Positions 20,991-30,849 of a stretch of 64,000 nucleotides of DNA are shown piece after piece. The translations under genes and the position numbers were made by a program. The DNA comes from a virus, in the IMG/VR virus record IMGVR_UViG_3300034375_010798. The stretch is one strand, 5' to 3'. The notes beneath the pieces were generated by a model, which saw only the letters and a list, made by a program, of their open reading frames with translations, was not told the DNA's origin and made no database searches. Numbering within the stretch: position 1 is the stretch's first letter; each line of letters starts with the position of its first letter.

Positions 20991-21018
20991 TTGACTTTTT
21001 CTTATATTTTATTATATT
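20991..21018 (+). promoter_or_regulatory. Sigma70-like early promoter TTGACT-N16-TATATT
   Basis: Matches the motif repeated at 23863, 31276, 38766. Confidence 0.65.
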
Positions 21019-21062
21019 ATATACATAACAAATTTACAATAACTCAATAGAAAGGAATGTAA

Positions 21063-21239
21063 ATGGCACGCACAATCAGAAAGAAGTCTAAGGAAGATGT
21101 TCTTAACGAGCGTGAAGTTAAAAAAGGTGGTAAGAAGATAATTAAAAGAAGTCGTCAAAATGACAGAAGTAGATTGAAAAATATTGACTATAACGACCCA
21201 GCAGCACTGGAAGATATGGAAGATGAATACACTTATTAA
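21063..21239 (+). CDS. Small early protein (58 aa, not in ORF track)
   Basis: MARTIRKKSKEDVLNE...EDMEDEYTY; GAAAGGA RBS, directly after the promoter. Confidence 0.7.
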   Translation: MARTIRKKSKEDVLNEREVKKGGKKIIKRSRQNDRSRLKNIDYNDPAALEDMEDEYTY

Positions 21240-21380
21240 AAAAGTTTTAATATTTTTACCTTTTTTATTTTTATTTTATATTATTTTTAGTAAAGATAAC
21301 AATAAAAGAGATATTGAAGATTTAGAAAATTATTTAGGTTATGACGCAGCAGTTAATTAAAATCTATAAAGGAGATTATA

Positions 21381-22199
21381 ATGCCATTAAATCTTAGTAA
21401 AATCAACGGAGCACTAGATCGTCTTAACCCTCAAACAAGAAACTCTAACAACAACAATACTAATACAGCTGTTGTAAAACTTGAAGAGGGAGAGAGTGTA
21501 GTTCGTATTGCACCTTATAAGTATGATTTAGAAATGCCATTTCAAGAACTTCACTTTCACTATGGTGTTGGTGGAAAAACATTTCTTTGCCCAAAGAGAA
21601 TGGATAATCGCGATTGTGCGATTTGTGATATGGCTACAGAAGCTTGGTCAGATTTTACAAACACTAACGATGAATCATCAAAGGATGTATTCAAGAAGTT
21701 AGTTGCACAACTTAGAGTTTTTATTCCTATTGTAGTAAGAGGTCAAGAAGATCTTGGTGTTCGTTGGTGGGCTGTTTCACCTCGCACTACTTACAAGGAA
21801 ATTTTACAAAAAGTAAAGAATGCAATGTCACAAGGTATTGATATAACTGATCCTAATGAAGGCTTGGATTTAATCGTAAGAGTAGAGAAGGGATATAACG
21901 GTTGGTTAATTCCAGAGTCTATAGACACCGCTCTTAAGACTTCAAAGCTTACCGATGGAGATGTTGATGAACTTATTGACACCGTTACAAATATTAATGA
22001 TATATATTCTTTTAGAGATCCAGAAGAAATGAAGGAAGCTATTTCTAATTTCGCTAATGATTCTTCAGAAGAAAATAATTCACAAGGAAGTGTTAAGAAT
22101 TTCAGTAATTCAAATAACAAAAATGATGGTGACATTGATTTTGATAATAAAACTTCGGCATCTGATGTATCAGATAAGTTCGATAAGATGTTGAGTTAA
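21381..22199 (+). CDS. Single-stranded DNA-binding protein (gp32-like)
   Basis: VRIAPY...PFQELHFHY...CPK...CAIC, DITDPNEGLDL, acidic tail; upstream of recA. Confidence 0.8.
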   Translation: MPLNLSKINGALDRLNPQTRNSNNNNTNTAVVKLEEGESVVRIAPYKYDLEMPFQELHFHYGVGGKTFLCPKRMDNRDCAICDMATEAWSDFTNTNDESSKDVFKKLVAQLRVFIPIVVRGQEDLGVRWWAVSPRTTYKEILQKVKNAMSQGIDITDPNEGLDLIVRVEKGYNGWLIPESIDTALKTSKLTDGDVDELIDTVTNINDIYSFRDPEEMKEAISNFANDSSEENNSQGSVKNFSNSNNKNDGDIDFDNKTSASDVSDKFDKMLS

Positions 22200-22200
22200 A

Positions 22201-23367
22201 ATGGCTAGAAAGAAAGTAATTAGTAAAACAACTAAAGATTATGATGGTTCCGGTGATGTCACTAAAGACATCACCGATTTACCACATAAACAAATTGTAG
22301 ATGCTCTTAATAAGAGTGTTGGTGATGTAGCTTATATTATAGGAACAGACGATTCACCAACCGAAGTAAGAGAGTGGTTATCTACAGGAAGCACTGTTTT
22401 AGACAGTATAATAAGTAACAATCCAGACATTGATGGCGGTATACCGGTAGGTAAATTAGTAGAAATGAGTGGAGAAGCAGCTACTGGAAAATCTTTAATA
22501 TCATATTTAATATTGAAGGATTGTTTAGATAAGGGCGGATTACCCGTATTGATTGATACAGAAAGTGCCTGTAATTTTGATTTCTTAAGAATGTTAGGTT
22601 TGGAACCAGATAGAAATTTAATTTATTTGCAGCCTTACAGTATTGAACAAGTATTTAAGAGTATAGAAGAGGTTATAAGAAAATTAAGAGAAGAAAACAA
22701 GGATCGTCTTTGTTGTATAGTTTGGGACTCTGTGGCTGCTACATCAACAGATTTGGAGTTAGAAAACGATTTCGGCCAAAGCCAAGTTGGCGTTCACGCC
22801 AGATTGATTGGCCAAGGGTTAAGAAAAGTTATAAGACTGATAGCTTCTGAAAGGATTTCTTTAGTTTTTCTTAATCAGTTAAGAACAAAGATTGGTGTTA
22901 TGTTCGGAGATCCAGATACAACTCCGGGTGGAAGATCAATACCTTTTATGTCTTCTGTTAGAATAAAACTTTATTCAGATGGTAAGTTGAAGGCAGGATC
23001 AGATATAATTGGTATGGGTATTAAACCTAAGATTGCAAAGAATAGAATGGGACCACCACACAGAGAGTGCCATTTGAAAATGTATTTTAGTAGAGGTCTT
23101 ATTGATGAAGAAAGTTGGTTAGATATATTAATTAAATCTGGTGTGTGCGAGAAGATATCAGCACAAAAATCTTCTTATACAGATAAATCAACAGGTGAAG
23201 TTTATGAATTTCAAAATAGAAAGTTTGTTGATTATGTCTTAGGGAGACCAGAGTTAAGAGAAAAGTTAAGGAAAGAAGTTAAGAAGTGTTTGTATATTGA
23301 ACCAGATCCCTATAAAAGAAATGATGAAATTGTTTTAGAAGAATTAAAGGAAGACGAGGATATATAA
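22201..23367 (+). CDS. recA: RecA/UvsX recombinase
   Basis: STGSTVLD, GEAATGKS Walker A, IDTE, WDSVAA, NQLRTKIGVMFGDPDTTPGG, KNRMGPP. Confidence 0.95.
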   Translation: MARKKVISKTTKDYDGSGDVTKDITDLPHKQIVDALNKSVGDVAYIIGTDDSPTEVREWLSTGSTVLDSIISNNPDIDGGIPVGKLVEMSGEAATGKSLISYLILKDCLDKGGLPVLIDTESACNFDFLRMLGLEPDRNLIYLQPYSIEQVFKSIEEVIRKLREENKDRLCCIVWDSVAATSTDLELENDFGQSQVGVHARLIGQGLRKVIRLIASERISLVFLNQLRTKIGVMFGDPDTTPGGRSIPFMSSVRIKLYSDGKLKAGSDIIGMGIKPKIAKNRMGPPHRECHLKMYFSRGLIDEESWLDILIKSGVCEKISAQKSSYTDKSTGEVYEFQNRKFVDYVLGRPELREKLRKEVKKCLYIEPDPYKRNDEIVLEELKEDEDI

Positions 23368-23368
23368 G

Positions 23369-23680
23369 ATGGTAGCTTTTGTAGAAGAAGATAGTAATGA
23401 AGAAGAAAAACAAAAAACAGTAGCGAGAATAAAAGAATCAGTTGAGGGATTATCAAGAGTAGAGACATTAGGTTTTTTTCTTGGTCTTTCATTTTTTGGT
23501 TTGTTATTTACGTCAATTTTTTTTGGATTTTGGTTCCTTACATTTTATGTTTCTGCGATTGCGTGGAATAACTCTATTGCTGTATTGTTTTCATTACCTT
23601 TTATAACATGGAAAAACTCAGCTGCATTTTTTGGTATTTTTTTTATATTTGTTAAGTTTGTAAAATATCTAAAAAATTAG
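23369..23680 (+). CDS. Membrane protein
   Basis: Two to three hydrophobic segments. Confidence 0.65.
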   Translation: MVAFVEEDSNEEEKQKTVARIKESVEGLSRVETLGFFLGLSFFGLLFTSIFFGFWFLTFYVSAIAWNNSIAVLFSLPFITWKNSAAFFGIFFIFVKFVKYLKN

Positions 23681-23683
23681 TAT

Positions 23684-23835
23684 ATTGCATGGTTTGTAAT
23701 CCTTTGGTCGCATAACGGATGAGGGGGTAGTATGGGATACATTACTATGATATTATAATATATCAAACTTCAATGCTATTTAGTATTGATTATAAGTCAG
23801 CGACATCCCATAGAGGTGCTATCGTTAGGGGCAAT
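23684..23835 (+). ncRNA. Candidate structured ncRNA or cis-element (unassigned)
   Basis: Intergenic; nested complementary segments TATGGGAT/ATCCCATA, TAACG(G)AT/ATCGTTA, ATTGC/GCAAT, plus two internal hairpins. Confidence 0.45.
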
Positions 23836-23862
23836 TTACTAATAAAATAAGCAAAATATAGG

Positions 23863-23891
23863 TTGACAAAAGCAGAAAATATCCTTATATT
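23863..23891 (+). promoter_or_regulatory. Sigma70-like early promoter TTGACA-N17-TATATT
   Basis: Perfect -35 box, 17-nt spacer, followed by ATATACAT as at 21013. Confidence 0.75.
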
Positions 23892-23934
23892 ATATACATC
23901 AAATTAATGGTTATATAACGTAAGGATATTTTTT

Positions 23935-24306
23935 ATGCCAAGAAGAAAGAAGTCACCAGTGGTAGAGACACAAGAAACATTTGATGATAATGTTTCAAGT
24001 AAGATGACAGGTAGTAGTTCTAAGAGAGACACACATTATAGTAAGGTTTCTGCGTTTAAGTCATATATTGTGGATGAAGAGCAGTATAACCTTTACAAGT
24101 TGTATAAATCATATTATAAGTCAAAGAATGACGAGAATAAGGTGGCTGGTTTTCATGCAGGAGCTGTTATTTTTAGAACTATGAATGATTTCGAACGTAG
24201 GTGTAGTTTTTATCTAAATACGACAAAACACACAACAAAGAAAGAGTTGAAGAAATCCATATGTCAAGATTTGGATTTACTCAAAGAGATCATAATGGGT
24301 ATGTAA
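23935..24306 (+). CDS. Hypothetical early protein
   Basis: ORF with AAGGA RBS after the promoter. Confidence 0.7.
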   Translation: MPRRKKSPVVETQETFDDNVSSKMTGSSSKRDTHYSKVSAFKSYIVDEEQYNLYKLYKSYYKSKNDENKVAGFHAGAVIFRTMNDFERRCSFYLNTTKHTTKKELKKSICQDLDLLKEIIMGM

Positions 24307-24381
24307 AAATGACCACTATTTTGTGTGGTATTTTGCTTTTTCGTTGTTCTAAAAGGGTAGCAAAATTTATTTTGAAAACCC

Positions 24382-24409
24382 TTGATTTTTCAAAAAATAT
24401 TGTTATATT
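24382..24409 (+). promoter_or_regulatory. Probable promoter TTGATT-N16-TATATT
   Basis: Variant of the repeated motif. Confidence 0.45.
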
Positions 24410-24432
24410 TAGTATATCAAAGTTGGTAAATT

Positions 24433-24858
24433 ATGGAGTATGAGCCGAGTAACTCACTCGTAAAAAAAGAGATAAAGAAGAAGAAGTTTTTCAGAATGGC
24501 TTGTTCAGAAATGTTCAAGTCAGACCATAAAACGAGGTTTGGCGCGGTGTTAGTGTTAAAGAACGGCAAGGTTTATAAGTCTCACAATAAGGATATGAAA
24601 ACCCACCCTGCACTCAAAAAACATTATCCGTTCTACGCTGTATCAATACACGCCGAACTTCAAGCAATACTTTCAGTAAATTCATATAGATATGATGATT
24701 GTATAAAAGGTAGTAAGATGTATGTTTATAGAGAAGATAGACATGGTATGTTAAAGCCAGCTAAGCCTTGTTCTTATTGTATGAACATTATTAGAGAAGC
24801 TGGTGTTAAAAAAGTTTATTTTACAACCCCAACCGGGTGGGAGTGTCACATAATATGA
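24433..24858 (+). CDS. Zn-dependent cytidine/deoxycytidylate deaminase-fold protein
   Basis: FGAVLV, SIHAELQAI, KPCSYC, GVKKVYFT. Confidence 0.85.
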   Translation: MEYEPSNSLVKKEIKKKKFFRMACSEMFKSDHKTRFGAVLVLKNGKVYKSHNKDMKTHPALKKHYPFYAVSIHAELQAILSVNSYRYDDCIKGSKMYVYREDRHGMLKPAKPCSYCMNIIREAGVKKVYFTTPTGWECHII

Positions 24859-25847
24859 GAAAAAATAAAGTTTTAATAGTTGATATGTTGAATATGTATG
24901 TCAGAAACTTTTCTGCATTTGCTATGTCAAACGATAATGGTGAATTAGTTTCTGGGTTATATGGAAGTCTGGCTTCTATTAGGAGTCAAATAGAGTTACA
25001 CCAACCCGATTATACTATCATTGCGTGGGAAGGTCAGGGTTCATCAGAGAGAAGAAGAAAGACATTATCCTCATATAAAGAGGGTAGATCTTTTAAGGGT
25101 TTGAATCGCCGTCATTTTGATTCTTCTGATGAAGATGAAACACAATCATTCGCGCGGCAGTTACTATTACTTAAGGAGTGTCTTAATGATTTACCTGTTT
25201 TGCAATTAGGTGTAAAGTATTTAGAGGCCGATGATGTTATTGCATACCTTTGCAAAAAAGTGTTAAAAGATGATTACGAAAAGATAATAGTTTCTAGTGA
25301 TAAGGATTATTTTCAATTGGTTGATGACACAACTACAGTATTCAGACCCATTAAAACCAAGAAAGACCCCATAGGCCAGTTTATTAACACTGAGTGGATG
25401 AGTGATATAGAAGAGTGTTATCCACCTAATTACACATTGATAAAATCATTATGTGGTGATAATTCAGATAATATTGAAGGTGTTAAGGGCGTTGGTGAGA
25501 AAACAGTAAAGAAAGATTTTCCATTTCTATCAAACACAACAGAATATACAATAGACGATATACAAGAATATTCCATTGAACAAGTATCAAACAAACAAAA
25601 AAGATATCAGAAATATATTGATAATAAGAACTTAATAGAAAATAATTATAGTTTAGTTCAGTTGTTAGATCCTAATATATCAACAACTTCTGTAAGCACA
25701 ATCTTTAATATTGTTGGTAAAACACAATTAAAGTTTAATCCACCTAATTTTAGAATTAAATTACTATCCGAAGGAATTTCACCTAATAATATTGATAACT
25801 GGGTTTCTTCTTTCGCTACATTAAAAACAGAATATATTGAAATATAA
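24855..25847 (+). CDS. 5'-3' exonuclease (PolI N-terminal / T4 RNase H-like flap nuclease)
   Basis: LIVDMLN, YKEGR, LEADDVIA, SSDKDYFQL, GDNSDNIEGVKGVGEKT; ATGA overlap with the deaminase. Confidence 0.92.
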   Translation: MRKNKVLIVDMLNMYVRNFSAFAMSNDNGELVSGLYGSLASIRSQIELHQPDYTIIAWEGQGSSERRRKTLSSYKEGRSFKGLNRRHFDSSDEDETQSFARQLLLLKECLNDLPVLQLGVKYLEADDVIAYLCKKVLKDDYEKIIVSSDKDYFQLVDDTTTVFRPIKTKKDPIGQFINTEWMSDIEECYPPNYTLIKSLCGDNSDNIEGVKGVGEKTVKKDFPFLSNTTEYTIDDIQEYSIEQVSNKQKRYQKYIDNKNLIENNYSLVQLLDPNISTTSVSTIFNIVGKTQLKFNPPNFRIKLLSEGISPNNIDNWVSSFATLKTEYIEI

Positions 25848-25859
25848 AGGAGGTGTGTA

Positions 25860-27212
25860 ATGGTAGATGGAGCTAATTTTGACGTATTTGGTTCTAGTAA
25901 ATTTCAGAATAGAGTTATACAAGGTGCATTAACTGATAGGTTGTTTTTTGAAAAGATATTTGAAATATTAAAACAAGAATATTTTACTACAGAAGCACAT
26001 AAAATTATTTGGGGTGAGATAACAAAACTTTTTAATAAGTATGATTCTTCACCAACATATGATATGTTAAGATTAGAGATAGCTGCTTTAGCTGATAGCG
26101 AAGACAAAGATGATGCCTTAACTATTCTTGTTGACATAGAGAAAACCTCAAACAGACAAGAGATTGAACACGCTAAAGAAAAAGCTTTTGAATTTTGTAA
26201 GAATCAGTCTATGAAAGCTGCAATTCTAACTTCAGTAGAACTCCTCAAAGAAGGAAGATTTGATGAGATACAAAAAACTATTGAAGAAAGTTTAAAGATG
26301 ACAGATAAAACTGATATGGGTCACAATTATTTTGATTCATTTAGCAGTAGAAGTAAGGAAGATAAGAGACCTAATACTGTTCCTACAGGTTTTGAAATAT
26401 TAGATCATAATGATATACTTGAGGGTGGATTAGCTGCAGGTGAGTTGGGTGTTGTAATGGCTCCAACTGGTGGTGGTAAGAGTTTTATGTTGGTGAATTT
26501 TGGATATGGTGCATTAGCAGCAGGTAAAAATGTTGTTCATTATAGCTTTGAGTTGAGTGAAAACAACATTGGCAATCGTTATGATAGTCGTATAACTGGT
26601 GTTCCAACTAAGGAGATTGTTACAAGAAACAGAGAGGTAGAAATAAATCTTCAACGATTTCAAGGTGGTCGTTTGATAATCAAAGAATATCCAACAAAGA
26701 TTGCAACAGTTAATACTTTGAAGTTTCACATAGGTAGATTGCAATCAAGTGGTTTCGATCCAGATTTAGTTATCATTGATTATGGTGATTTGATGAGGAG
26801 TCGCCGCGGTTACGATCAGAAGAGATTTGAATTAGAAAGTATTTACGAAGATTTACGTGGATTTGCAATGGAAACTAAACTTCCTATTTGGACAGCAACA
26901 CAATCTAATAGAGAAGGTTTTAGTGATGATATTATTACTATTGATAAAGTTGGTGAGGCAATATCTAAGGTTCATGTAGCTGATTTCTTCGCCACATTCT
27001 CTCAGCGTAAGTTTCATATTGGTAAGAATAGAATGGGTGCAGCTGGTGTTAATCTTGATATTGAAATTGATTATGGTAGAAGTTTAATCAGATTACATGA
27101 AAACAATAGTCAAGGTGGATTATCAATGTCAGATAAGGTTAGCAATTTGTTGAGTGAGGGTGATAGTAGAAAAAGAATATTTGATAAATATAGAGATAAT
27201 ATAGGAGTCTAA
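25860..27212 (+). CDS. dnaB: Replicative DnaB/gp41-like helicase
   Basis: APTGGGKS Walker A, SFELSE, IIDYGDL, WTATQSNR, KNRMG. Confidence 0.92.
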   Translation: MVDGANFDVFGSSKFQNRVIQGALTDRLFFEKIFEILKQEYFTTEAHKIIWGEITKLFNKYDSSPTYDMLRLEIAALADSEDKDDALTILVDIEKTSNRQEIEHAKEKAFEFCKNQSMKAAILTSVELLKEGRFDEIQKTIEESLKMTDKTDMGHNYFDSFSSRSKEDKRPNTVPTGFEILDHNDILEGGLAAGELGVVMAPTGGGKSFMLVNFGYGALAAGKNVVHYSFELSENNIGNRYDSRITGVPTKEIVTRNREVEINLQRFQGGRLIIKEYPTKIATVNTLKFHIGRLQSSGFDPDLVIIDYGDLMRSRRGYDQKRFELESIYEDLRGFAMETKLPIWTATQSNREGFSDDIITIDKVGEAISKVHVADFFATFSQRKFHIGKNRMGAAGVNLDIEIDYGRSLIRLHENNSQGGLSMSDKVSNLLSEGDSRKRIFDKYRDNIGV

Positions 27213-27213
27213 G

Positions 27214-27462
27214 ATGCCAGAGAGATATACCATAATGAGAACTAGTCGTTGGGGAACAACAGGAACAAGTCTTCAAACTATGGCGGTTTTGGAGAGAAGC
27301 AAATATAAAAATGATGATGCTATTAGAGCTTGCAATGAGATGATTTCCAATGATAAGGTTGGAACTAATGAAGAGTTAGAGTATGAGGTTATCTTATCAA
27401 GAGAGAATGGTGTTCAAGAAATAATTCACAAAGTTGATAAGAAAGGAACGGTGAGTATCTAA
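27214..27462 (+). CDS. Hypothetical protein
   Basis: GGAG RBS; TAATG-coupled to the next gene. Confidence 0.65.
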   Translation: MPERYTIMRTSRWGTTGTSLQTMAVLERSKYKNDDAIRACNEMISNDKVGTNEELEYEVILSRENGVQEIIHKVDKKGTVSI

Positions 27463-27683
27463 TGCCAACATATGATTTCATTTGTGAAGATTGTGATAAT
27501 ATTTTTGAGGTATCAATAGCTATCAAAGACTATGATAGGTTCAAAAAACAAAGTTGCCCTCAGTGTGATAATATAGAAAATGTTAGACGACATTACACAC
27601 CGACTGGTATCAAGTTTGGAGCAGGTTTTTTCAAAGATGGTTATAGGAGTGCAAAGGATGTAGGTCCGAGTAATGACGAATAA
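27462..27683 (+). CDS. FmdB-family zinc-ribbon protein
   Basis: MPTYDFICEDC...CPQC...IKFGAGFF. Confidence 0.85.
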   Translation: MPTYDFICEDCDNIFEVSIAIKDYDRFKKQSCPQCDNIENVRRHYTPTGIKFGAGFFKDGYRSAKDVGPSNDE

Positions 27684-27741
27684 AAAAATAGCAATAATCA
27701 GTTTATAGCTTAATAAATTTTTATTATAATGGAGAGTAAAG

Positions 27742-27990
27742 ATGATTTCTAGAGTAGAGTATTTTGGGGCTGATTGGTGTGGCCCATGTAGAACATTCAA
27801 GCCGGTTCTTATTGATTCTATAAGTAGTGAAAAGTTGAATATGTTTGATGTAGAAAAGAATAGTGATTTAGCATCAAAAAGAGGAGTTAGATCTTTACCT
27901 ACTACTATTTTATTTAACGAAACTGGTGAAGAAGTAAAAAGATTTGTTGGTAGTGCTAATAAAAAAGAATTACAAAAATATTTAGACTAA
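27742..27990 (+). CDS. trxA: Thioredoxin
   Basis: FGADWCGPC, GVRSLPT; adjacent to the RNR. Confidence 0.92.
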   Translation: MISRVEYFGADWCGPCRTFKPVLIDSISSEKLNMFDVEKNSDLASKRGVRSLPTTILFNETGEEVKRFVGSANKKELQKYLD

Positions 27991-28010
27991 TAAATTAAAA
28001 GGAGTTTCAA

Positions 28011-30335
28011 TTGAGTGAAATTAATAAGGTTGACAGTTTAATTAAATATTATAATGGAGATGAGTTAGCAGCAAGAGTTTTGGCTGATAAATATCTAAAA
28101 GAAGATGAAACATCTCCAGAAGAAATGTGGAGAAGATTAGCTATAGAAATATCAGAGCAAGAAGATATTAATAAAGCTGGTAAAAAGATATGGGAAGAAA
28201 GATATTACGATCTTCTTTCTGATTTTAAGTTTATTCCCGGTGGTAGAATTATGTATGCGTTGGGAAGAGATGAGAATGTATCTTGCACTAATTGTTATGT
28301 TATTCCTATTAAGGAAGACTCAATTGAAGGAATATATGATTGGTTAAAAGAGAGTGCTTTAACATATAGAAGCACAGGGGGTGTTGGAACAGATATTTCT
28401 ATTTTAAGACCAAAGGGTATGCCAGTAAAGAACTCAGGCGGCAACTCTCCGGGCGCTTGTAGTTTTATGGATCTAATGAGTCAATCAACAAACACCGTTC
28501 ATCAGAAGTTAAGAAGAGGTGCTTTGATGATAACAATAAATGTTCATCACCCCGATGTTTTAGAGTTTATTGATATAAAAAAGATTCTTGGAAAAATAGA
28601 GTATGAAGAAGGTCAAGGAAACGGTTATAATAATTTATATAAGTTAGTTGAACATGCTAATATATCCGTTCAGTTAACTGATGAATTCCTCCAAGCTTTA
28701 GAGGATGAAGGTAGATATGAACAGCGTTGGCCAGTTGATTCTAATAATCCTTCCGTATCTCAAAAAGTATCAGCTAAGAAGGTATGGGATGCAATTATTA
28801 AGAATGCTCATGCTCATGCGGAACCCGGTATATTCTTTGTAGATAATCATAAGAGAAATGACGCACTAGCATATGCCAATCCGGCATTAACGACAAACCC
28901 ATGTGGAGAACAATTTTTAGGCCCATACGCTAATTGCTTGTTGGGTCATATGAATCTTGACAGATATGTTGAAAGACAACCCGATGAATTCCCTACAACT
29001 AGGGTTTTTCATTTTGATAAGTTTGCAGATGATATAAAGACCGCAGTAAGGTTTTTGGATAATTGTATTACGTGGAATGATGGAAAGCACGCACTACCAG
29101 AACAGAATGAAATAGCGGTTAATGAAAGAAGAATCGGATTAGGTATTACTGGTTTGGGGGACGCGTTAATTAGACTAAGGGTCAAATATGATTCAGAAGA
29201 AGCATTAGAAGTTGTAGAAAGAATAATGCATACTTATAGAGATGCGGCCTACAATGCATCCATAGAGTTAGCTAAGGCGAAGGGTTCATTTCCTTTGTTT
29301 GACATAGAGAAGTGGGGTCAAAGCGAATTCGTAGCTAATATGATTTCAGAGTTAGATGAAAGTATGTTTGATATGTTAAACAAAACAGGTATAAGAAACT
29401 CTTTCTTGTTAACAATGGCTCCTGTTGGTAGTGGAAGTATTATTGGTCAAGTATCATCTGGCATAGAACCAATTTTTGCAACTTCTTATACTCGTAGAGT
29501 AAGAGAACAAGATGGAGAAACATTCAAGGAATATAAGACTTATCCAAGAATAATTGAAGAAGTTTTCAATAATGATAATAATCTACCTAACTTTGTTGTT
29601 ACAGCTCATAAAATAGATCCATATTTTAGAGTAAAGTTACAATCAGTAATACAAAAGTATGTTGATAATAGTATATCATCAACTGTTAATTTACCTAAAG
29701 AAACTCCCGAAGATACTATTGCTCAAATATATTTAGATGCTTGGCGCAACGGTCTAAAATCTATTACAGTTTATAGAGAGGGTAGTAGAGAAGGTGTTTT
29801 AATAACAGATGATGGAAAGAGTAATAAAAAGAAAGAAAAAGAAGAACCTCAAAAGAGACCTGTTGAATTAGGTGGTGTTACATATAAAATACCTAGTGGA
29901 GTAGATGAAAAACTATATATAACAATTAATCCATATAGTGAAGATCCTAAAAAACCATATGAGGTTTTTATTAATACTTTTGGAGAAGAAAGTTCAGAAA
30001 CTAAAGCCTTAGCTGTTTTAGTTTCAGCATTACTTAAGAATGTTGATGATATTGATTTCATAATTGAACATCTTTCAAAAATAACATCTTCTGCAGACCC
30101 TGTGTTTTGGCATGATAAGGATGCTCAAAGAAGACATCAAATAACCACCAGATCTCAGGCAGTAGCTATAGCATTACAGAAATTCACCACTATTTCAAAA
30201 AAAAATGATGGTGAAGAAAAAAATTATGAAGACGGGGTTAATTTAGAAAAATGCCCTAAATGTGGCTCTAATTCATATAAAAACGAAAATGGTTGTGGTA
30301 GTTGTTTAGATTGTGGATATTCTAAATGTAACTAA
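28011..30335 (+). CDS. nrdJ: Class II (adenosylcobalamin-dependent) ribonucleotide reductase with TSCPD domain and C-terminal Zn ribbon
   Basis: PGGRI, NCYV, GGVGTD, RRGA, TNPCGEQ, ERRIGLG, MAPVGS, SSGIEP, SSTVN, KSITVYREGSR; CPKC...CLDCGYSKC. Confidence 0.92.
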   Translation: MSEINKVDSLIKYYNGDELAARVLADKYLKEDETSPEEMWRRLAIEISEQEDINKAGKKIWEERYYDLLSDFKFIPGGRIMYALGRDENVSCTNCYVIPIKEDSIEGIYDWLKESALTYRSTGGVGTDISILRPKGMPVKNSGGNSPGACSFMDLMSQSTNTVHQKLRRGALMITINVHHPDVLEFIDIKKILGKIEYEEGQGNGYNNLYKLVEHANISVQLTDEFLQALEDEGRYEQRWPVDSNNPSVSQKVSAKKVWDAIIKNAHAHAEPGIFFVDNHKRNDALAYANPALTTNPCGEQFLGPYANCLLGHMNLDRYVERQPDEFPTTRVFHFDKFADDIKTAVRFLDNCITWNDGKHALPEQNEIAVNERRIGLGITGLGDALIRLRVKYDSEEALEVVERIMHTYRDAAYNASIELAKAKGSFPLFDIEKWGQSEFVANMISELDESMFDMLNKTGIRNSFLLTMAPVGSGSIIGQVSSGIEPIFATSYTRRVREQDGETFKEYKTYPRIIEEVFNNDNNLPNFVVTAHKIDPYFRVKLQSVIQKYVDNSISSTVNLPKETPEDTIAQIYLDAWRNGLKSITVYREGSREGVLITDDGKSNKKKEKEEPQKRPVELGGVTYKIPSGVDEKLYITINPYSEDPKKPYEVFINTFGEESSETKALAVLVSALLKNVDDIDFIIEHLSKITSSADPVFWHDKDAQRRHQITTRSQAVAIALQKFTTISKKNDGEEKNYEDGVNLEKCPKCGSNSYKNENGCGSCLDCGYSKCN

Positions 30336-30475
30336 AAGAATTATATAATTATATTTATTATACAATGGTTATATCTCTTAAAGGTAAATGTGGTTTATTT
30401 AATTTACTTAATCTTGTGTATATTTATATGTATGCAATAATTATGGAGATTTTAACTGTGAATTTAGAGGTGAGA

Positions 30476-30685
30476 ATGCCTAAAAAACAAATAGATAAAC
30501 CCGGAACTTACTTCTACGGATCTTTAAAAAAATTAGTTGAAGACTTCAACGGAGATTTAAAAGAGATGACAAGATATATGACAGTAGGTCAGTTAACCAA
30601 GTATCAAGAAAAAAATGGAATGATATGGAATATAAGAACTGGTAAACTAGCATACAATCCAGAAACGAAAGAAGTCTTTGAGTAA
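30476..30685 (+). CDS. Hypothetical protein
   Basis: GAGGTG RBS before ATG 30476 (track start 30365 is unlikely). Confidence 0.6.
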   Translation: MPKKQIDKPGTYFYGSLKKLVEDFNGDLKEMTRYMTVGQLTKYQEKNGMIWNIRTGKLAYNPETKEVFE

Positions 30686-30687
30686 TT

Positions 30688-30849
30688 ATGGGTGTTAAGA
30701 TAGTAAGATTTTGTGAAAAATGTCTTCAAGAGTTTAAAGAAGAGATATACACAAAAAGAAAAGATTTAAAAGGATCACTAAGTCCGGATTCAATCACGGT
30801 GATGATTGATTTAATATGTGATAAATGTAAGAAATGCGCGATAAAATAA
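30688..30849 (+). CDS. Small CxxC-CxxC zinc-finger protein (53 aa, not in ORF track)
   Basis: MGVKIVRFCEKC...ICDKCKKCAIK; fills the gap between its neighbours. Confidence 0.55.
   Translation: MGVKIVRFCEKCLQEFKEEIYTKRKDLKGSLSPDSITVMIDLICDKCKKCAIK

Noticed and set aside
23691-23725. SRP RNA Alu-like TGTAATCC...GGATGAGG similarity
   Set aside because: No SRP helix-8 GNRA/AGCAG motif downstream; kept only as an unassigned structured element
24261-24443. 60-aa + strand ORF
   Set aside because: Overlaps both neighbours and spans a promoter; no RBS or motif
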